Assembly: GCA_044222475.1 (NCBI GenBank)
Contig: JBGANF010000193.1
Coordinates: forward strand, 1 to 11,532
Direction of reading: 5' to 3'
DNA: 11,532 bases
DNA from: Polyangiaceae bacterium
Lineage (GTDB): Bacteria > Myxococcota_A > Polyangia > Polyangiales > Polyangiaceae
Positions 7,901 to 11,532 of the stretch are shown here, in pieces. Below the pieces are notes generated by a model. It searched no databases and was not told where the DNA came from. It worked only from the letters and a program-made list of their open reading frames with translations. The position numbers were made by a program, and so were the translations under genes. The stretch's first letter is position 1. Each line of letters begins with the position of its first letter.

Positions 7901-8007
7901 CCCTGGCGACCGTCGTCATCGGCGGGCTGATCACCGCGACCTTGCTGACGCTCTTCGCCTTGCCCGTGGTCTACGCGTGGTTGGGCAAAGAGAGGAGCCC
8001 GAGGTGA
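4909..8007 (+). CDS. czcA: CusA/CzcA-family heavy-metal efflux RND transporter, divalent-cation type, 1032 aa
   Basis: [50 protein letters not shown] (DFG-x3-D-x6-EN proton-path motif of CzcA-type pumps), P.[34 protein letters not shown] and [15 protein letters not shown]. Confidence 0.97.
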   Translation: [1032 protein letters not shown]

Positions 8008-10463
8008 AGCACAAGCTCGATCTCGACCTCGCGCTGCCGAGTGAAGCCGCGGCCTGTGCGGCGTGCGTCGGGCGAATCATCGAAGCGCTCGGCGCAACTC
8101 GGGGCATCAGCCGGGTTCACGTGGATCTCGAGGACCAGGCACACCCGAAGCTGTGCCTTCACTACGAGCCCACGGTCGTACGACTCGAGGAGGTCGAGGC
8201 GCTCGTCGAGCGCGCTGGCGCTGCGCTCGGAGCACGCTACGAGCACCTGTCGGCTCCCGCCGTCGGCTTGCGCCACGAGCGGCAGGCCCGACTCGTCGAA
8301 GGCGTGTTCGCGCGCCATCCGGGGGTGCTGCACGCATCCGTCGCGTTTGGCGCCCGTCGGCTCTACATCGAGCTCGACCCCACGAGGACGAGTCGAGAGG
8401 CGGTCCTCGCGGTCGCGTCCAAGGCGGGCATCGTCTCGTATGCCGAGCCCGCGTCTCCCGCTGCAGCCGGCGCAGCGCACGACGAGCACGAGCACGAGCA
8501 TGGCGGTCCGTTCGGCGAGCGCTCCGAGCTCGTGTTCAGCCTCGCGTGCGGGGCGTTGACGGGCATCGGGTGGGGGCTCGAAAAGGCGGGCCTCGCCCCG
8601 GTCGCCACGACCAGCCTCTTCGTGATCGCGTACGTCCTCGGGGGCTGGTTCACGGCGAAGGAGGTCGTCGTGGCGCTTCGCGCGCGCAAGTTCGAGATCG
8701 ACTTCCTCATGTTGCTCGCCGCGATCGGCGCCGCCGTGCTCGGCGAATGGTTCGAGGGCGCCTTGCTGCTGTTTCTCTTCACGCTCGGTCACGGCCTCGA
8801 GGGATACGCGATGCGCCGCGCGCGCAACGCCATCAGCGCGCTCGCGAAGCTCGTCCCAGAGACCGCGCTGCGCATCGACGATGACGGCCGCGAGGACGAG
8901 GTCAACGTGGCCGAGCTGGTGGTCGGCGATCGCATCCTGGTGAAGCCCAACACGCGCATTCCGGCGGACGGGTTCATCAGCGTGGGATCGAGCAGCGTGA
9001 ATCAAGCGCCGATCACCGGTGAGAGCGTCCCGGTGGACAAGCGAGCCGTTCCGGAGCTCGAGGCTGCTCTGGCCGCTCCCGACGCGCTGGGCACCGAGCA
9101 TCGCGTGTTCGCCGGCACCATCAACGGGGCATCGGCGCTCACCGCCGTGGTCACCAAGACCGCAGGCGAGAGTACCCTCGCTCGCGTCGTGAAGCTCGTG
9201 GGCGAGGCCGAGACGCAGAAGTCGCCGACGCAGCAATTCACCGACCGCTTCGAGCGCGCCTTCGTGCCGGTCATCCTCTTGGTCGTCGTCGGACTGCTCT
9301 TCGCCTGGCTCGTGATCGACGAGCCCTTCGCGCGGAGCTTCTACCGCGCCATGGCGGTGCTCGTCGCCGCGAGCCCCTGCGCTCTAGCCATAGCGACGCC
9401 CAGTGCGGTCTTGTCGGGTGTCGCGCGAGCGGCACGGGCCGGGGTTCTCGTGAAGGGCGGCGCGCACCTCGAATCGCTCGGGTTGGTTCGTGCGATCGCG
9501 TTCGACAAGACCGGGACGCTCACCGAAGGCAAGCCACGTCTCACCGACGTGATCGCCGTCGATGGCGCGCCGGAAGACGAGCTGCTCGCCATCGCGGTGG
9601 CGGTCGAGTCGCAGTCCGACCATCCGTTGGCGAGCGCGATCGTGGAAGGTGCGAGAACGCAACGTCCGGGGCTTACGACCTTGGTGGCCTCGGGCGTGGA
9701 GGCCGTGGTTGGCTACGGAGTTCGCGCGACGGTGGGTGACGCCGAGGTGGCGATTGGCAAGCCTGGCCTCTTCACGCGCGATGCGGTGCTGCCCGAGGGG
9801 GTGGCCGATGCCGTCAGCAAGCTGCAGCGCGAGGGTCGAACGGTCATGGTCGTTCGCTCGGGCGCCCGGTTCCTCGGCGTTCTCGGCGTGATGGATACCC
9901 CGCGCGAAAGCGCAGGGGCGGTCGTGGCGGAGTTGCACGCCCTCGGGATCGAGCAGACGATCATGTTGACCGGCGACAATCAGCGCGTCGCCGATGCCGT
10001 TGCGAAGCACGTCGGCATCCGCGTCGCGCGCGGAGACCTGCTCCCGGAGCAGAAGGTCGCTGCCATCGCCGAGCTGGCGAGCTCGAAGAGCCGAGTCGCG
10101 ATGGTCGGGGATGGAGTGAACGACGCGCCGGCGATGGCAAACGCGACGGTGGGGATCGCGATGGGCGCGGGAGGCTCCGACGTCGCTCTCGAGACCGCGG
10201 ACGTCGCGCTCATGGCCGACGACCTCCGTGCCTTGCCGTTCGCGGTGGGGCTGAGCCGCGCAGCCCGCAGCATCATCCGGCAGAACCTGTGGGTCAGCCT
10301 CGGCATGGTGGCGTTCCTGGTCCCTGCGACCATCTTCGGGTTCGCCAAGATAGGCGTCGCGGTCGCGCTGCACGAGGGCTCGACCCTGCTCGTCGTCCTG
10401 AACGCGTTGAGACTCCTGGCCTACGAACATCGACGAGAACCGATGGCGCGCGGACTCGAGTAG
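8004..10463 (+). CDS. czcP: Heavy-metal translocating P1B-4-type ATPase, CzcP-like, 819 aa
   Basis: GTG start overlaps the czcA stop (GTGA 8004-8007), with GAGGAG upstream. Motifs TGES, SPC (9372-9380), DKTGTLT, HP, TGDN, GDGVNDAP and TM8 HEGST (from 10371) give the P1B-4 signature. The N-terminus has two ferredoxin-like/HMA-like domains and an HDEHEHEH linker, resembling my recollection of Cupriavidus CzcP. Confidence 0.92.
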   Translation: MKHKLDLDLALPSEAAACAACVGRIIEALGATRGISRVHVDLEDQAHPKLCLHYEPTVVRLEEVEALVERAGAALGARYEHLSAPAVGLRHERQARLVEGVFARHPGVLHASVAFGARRLYIELDPTRTSREAVLAVASKAGIVSYAEPASPAAAGAAHDEHEHEHGGPFGERSELVFSLACGALTGIGWGLEKAGLAPVATTSLFVIAYVLGGWFTAKEVVVALRARKFEIDFLMLLAAIGAAVLGEWFEGALLLFLFTLGHGLEGYAMRRARNAISALAKLVPETALRIDDDGREDEVNVAELVVGDRILVKPNTRIPADGFISVGSSSVNQAPITGESVPVDKRAVPELEAALAAPDALGTEHRVFAGTINGASALTAVVTKTAGESTLARVVKLVGEAETQKSPTQQFTDRFERAFVPVILLVVVGLLFAWLVIDEPFARSFYRAMAVLVAASPCALAIATPSAVLSGVARAARAGVLVKGGAHLESLGLVRAIAFDKTGTLTEGKPRLTDVIAVDGAPEDELLAIAVAVESQSDHPLASAIVEGARTQRPGLTTLVASGVEAVVGYGVRATVGDAEVAIGKPGLFTRDAVLPEGVADAVSKLQREGRTVMVVRSGARFLGVLGVMDTPRESAGAVVAELHALGIEQTIMLTGDNQRVADAVAKHVGIRVARGDLLPEQKVAAIAELASSKSRVAMVGDGVNDAPAMANATVGIAMGAGGSDVALETADVALMADDLRALPFAVGLSRAARSIIRQNLWVSLGMVAFLVPATIFGFAKIGVAVALHEGSTLLVVLNALRLLAYEHRREPMARGLE

Positions 10464-10472
10464 CCCGAGCGT

Positions 10473-10501
10473 TCGACGGAAGCCGGTCCTCCGTCGGCTT
10501 C
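10473..10501. terminator. Possible hairpin(s) between convergent genes
   Basis: CGACGGA (10474-10480) pairs with TCCGTCG (10490-10496). Alternatively GAAGCCG (10479-10485) pairs with CGGCTTC (10495-10501). No U-tract. Confidence 0.35.
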
Positions 10502-10508
10502 TCCCGGA

Positions 10509-10823
10509 TCAGCGACGCAGGGCCATTCGGATCATGTCGTGGGATGGGACCTTCACCATTCGACCTGCGTCGTCGTAGAGCCTGCACTGGAGTCCGAACG
10601 ACGTCTTCGAGCTCGCGGTGGGGTCCACGTCGCGGCCGTCGATTCGCACGGTGGGAGACCCGAGGAACTGGAGGCGCACGGCGTCTTGCTCGGTCTCGAC
10701 GGGGAGCGCCCGAACCTCGACTTCGCGGGAGAGGCCTTCTTCGGCGACGACCTGCTCGACGCGCTCGACGGTCCCCTTCCAGCCAGGGCACGACTCGAAA
10801 TAGAGGATCTCGATTTGCTTCAT
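10509..10823 (-). CDS. Small thioredoxin-fold protein (DUF2703 / 'DF (seleno)protein'-like), Cys form, 104 aa
   Basis: IEILYFESCPGW...FLGSPTVRIDGRDV...CRLY pattern: single Cys-Pro at the thioredoxin active-site position, cis-Pro-like GSPT, and a second Cys in CRLY. Confidence 0.8.
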   Translation of the reverse strand: MKQIEILYFESCPGWKGTVERVEQVVAEEGLSREVEVRALPVETEQDAVRLQFLGSPTVRIDGRDVDPTASSKTSFGLQCRLYDDAGRMVKVPSHDMIRMALRR

Positions 10824-10833
10824 CGCGAAACGC

Positions 10834-11532
10834 TCAGTCGCTGCCGGCGTCGGTGCTCATCCCCGTGATCCAGTCCTTGATCAGCGTCGAGCCGACGATG
10901 TCGACTTCCTTCGTGCACTGCGGCGGCATGCCGTAGCCGTCGCGGCGGGCCATGCGTACGAAGATGCCGCTCTTGCCGGGATCGCCGGGGACGAGCGCGT
11001 CGAACACGTCCGGCGGGATCTCGTGGACCATCTTCAGGCCGAATGCCGTGCGGTAGACACCGGTCTTGTCCACCGTCGTCTCGGTGGTGAGCACGCGGAG
11101 GCGCATGGTCGTCTGCCCTTCGAACTTTGCGTTGTCGTTGTGACAGCCTCCGCAGTTTCCGTGCAGGTAGCCGAGCGCGGCTTTCACGGTGCCGGTTCCC
11201 GGGATCTCGAATTCCCCCGGCGGAGGCACGGTGAGGCGGCCGGCCTTCGCGAGCGTGGTGAGGAATCCGGTGCCCTTGCCGTCGCTGAGCTGGAACGGAT
11301 CGAGCCCGATGAGCGTGTCGGCGACGTTGTCGTGACACACCTTGCACTTCACTTGCTCGGGCACGTCGTGCGTGGTGCCGCGCGCGGACTTGACGCCGCC
11401 GGGCGCGGCGATGGCGTCGGTCTCGTCGTCGCGCCAGGCGTAGGCCATCTCGAACCATTGGCCGTCCGGCTTCTTCCAGAGGAGGCGCGTCTCGACGAGC
11501 TTGCCGCTCTTGATGAACTGCTTCCACGCCTT
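10834..11532 (-). CDS. Diheme c-type cytochrome-like protein (SO2930-family-like), 5'-truncated by the window edge
   Basis: The frame is open to the edge: KAWKQFIKSGKLVETRLLWKKPDGQWFEMAYAWRDDETDA. Two CxxCH motifs (CKVCH; YLHGNCGGCH), PGDP.KS, MPP (candidate axial Met) and LIKDWI ending. Confidence 0.8.
   Translation of the reverse strand, partial: KAWKQFIKSGKLVETRLLWKKPDGQWFEMAYAWRDDETDAIAAPGGVKSARGTTHDVPEQVKCKVCHDNVADTLIGLDPFQLSDGKGTGFLTTLAKAGRLTVPPPGEFEIPGTGTVKAALGYLHGNCGGCHNDNAKFEGQTTMRLRVLTTETTVDKTGVYRTAFGLKMVHEIPPDVFDALVPGDPGKSGIFVRMARRDGYGMPPQCTKEVDIVGSTLIKDWITGMSTDAGSD

Noticed and set aside
2404..10430. Many long antisense and alternative-frame ORFs (e.g. 2404-3864, 5083-6171, 6451-7896, 7971-9236, 9384-10430)
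   Set aside because: Typical shadow ORFs of high-GC coding sequence. They have no recognisable motifs and overlap well-supported genes.
1..11532. Mobile elements, tRNA/rRNA genes, CRISPR arrays
   Set aside because: No transposase or integrase ORF, terminal inverted repeats, repeat-spacer periodicity or RNA-gene signature was seen.

Overview
GC-rich bacterial window (gene content and sigma54-type promoter style suggest Myxococcota; inference) carrying a divalent heavy-metal (Zn/Co/Cd-type) resistance cluster. The + strand holds a His-rich CDF exporter (czcD-like), a transglutaminase-like gene behind a well-formed sigma54 promoter, a small Cys/His-rich and Pro-rich leader ORF (CzcI/DUF2946/CutF-like), and a tightly coupled czcC-czcB-czcA-czcP run (tripartite RND pump plus P1B-4 ATPase). 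Converging on the - strand are a small thioredoxin-fold protein and the 3' part of a diheme c-type cytochrome. The most interesting signal is the leader ORF: it has an export-signal-like N-terminus, a C-x3-C-x2-C-H-C-x-H cluster and a terminal RPP motif. Its last codons can base-pair with the czcC Shine-Dalgarno sequence, which suggests metal-sensing ribosome-stalling control of the whole efflux operon. No transcription-factor gene lies in the window.
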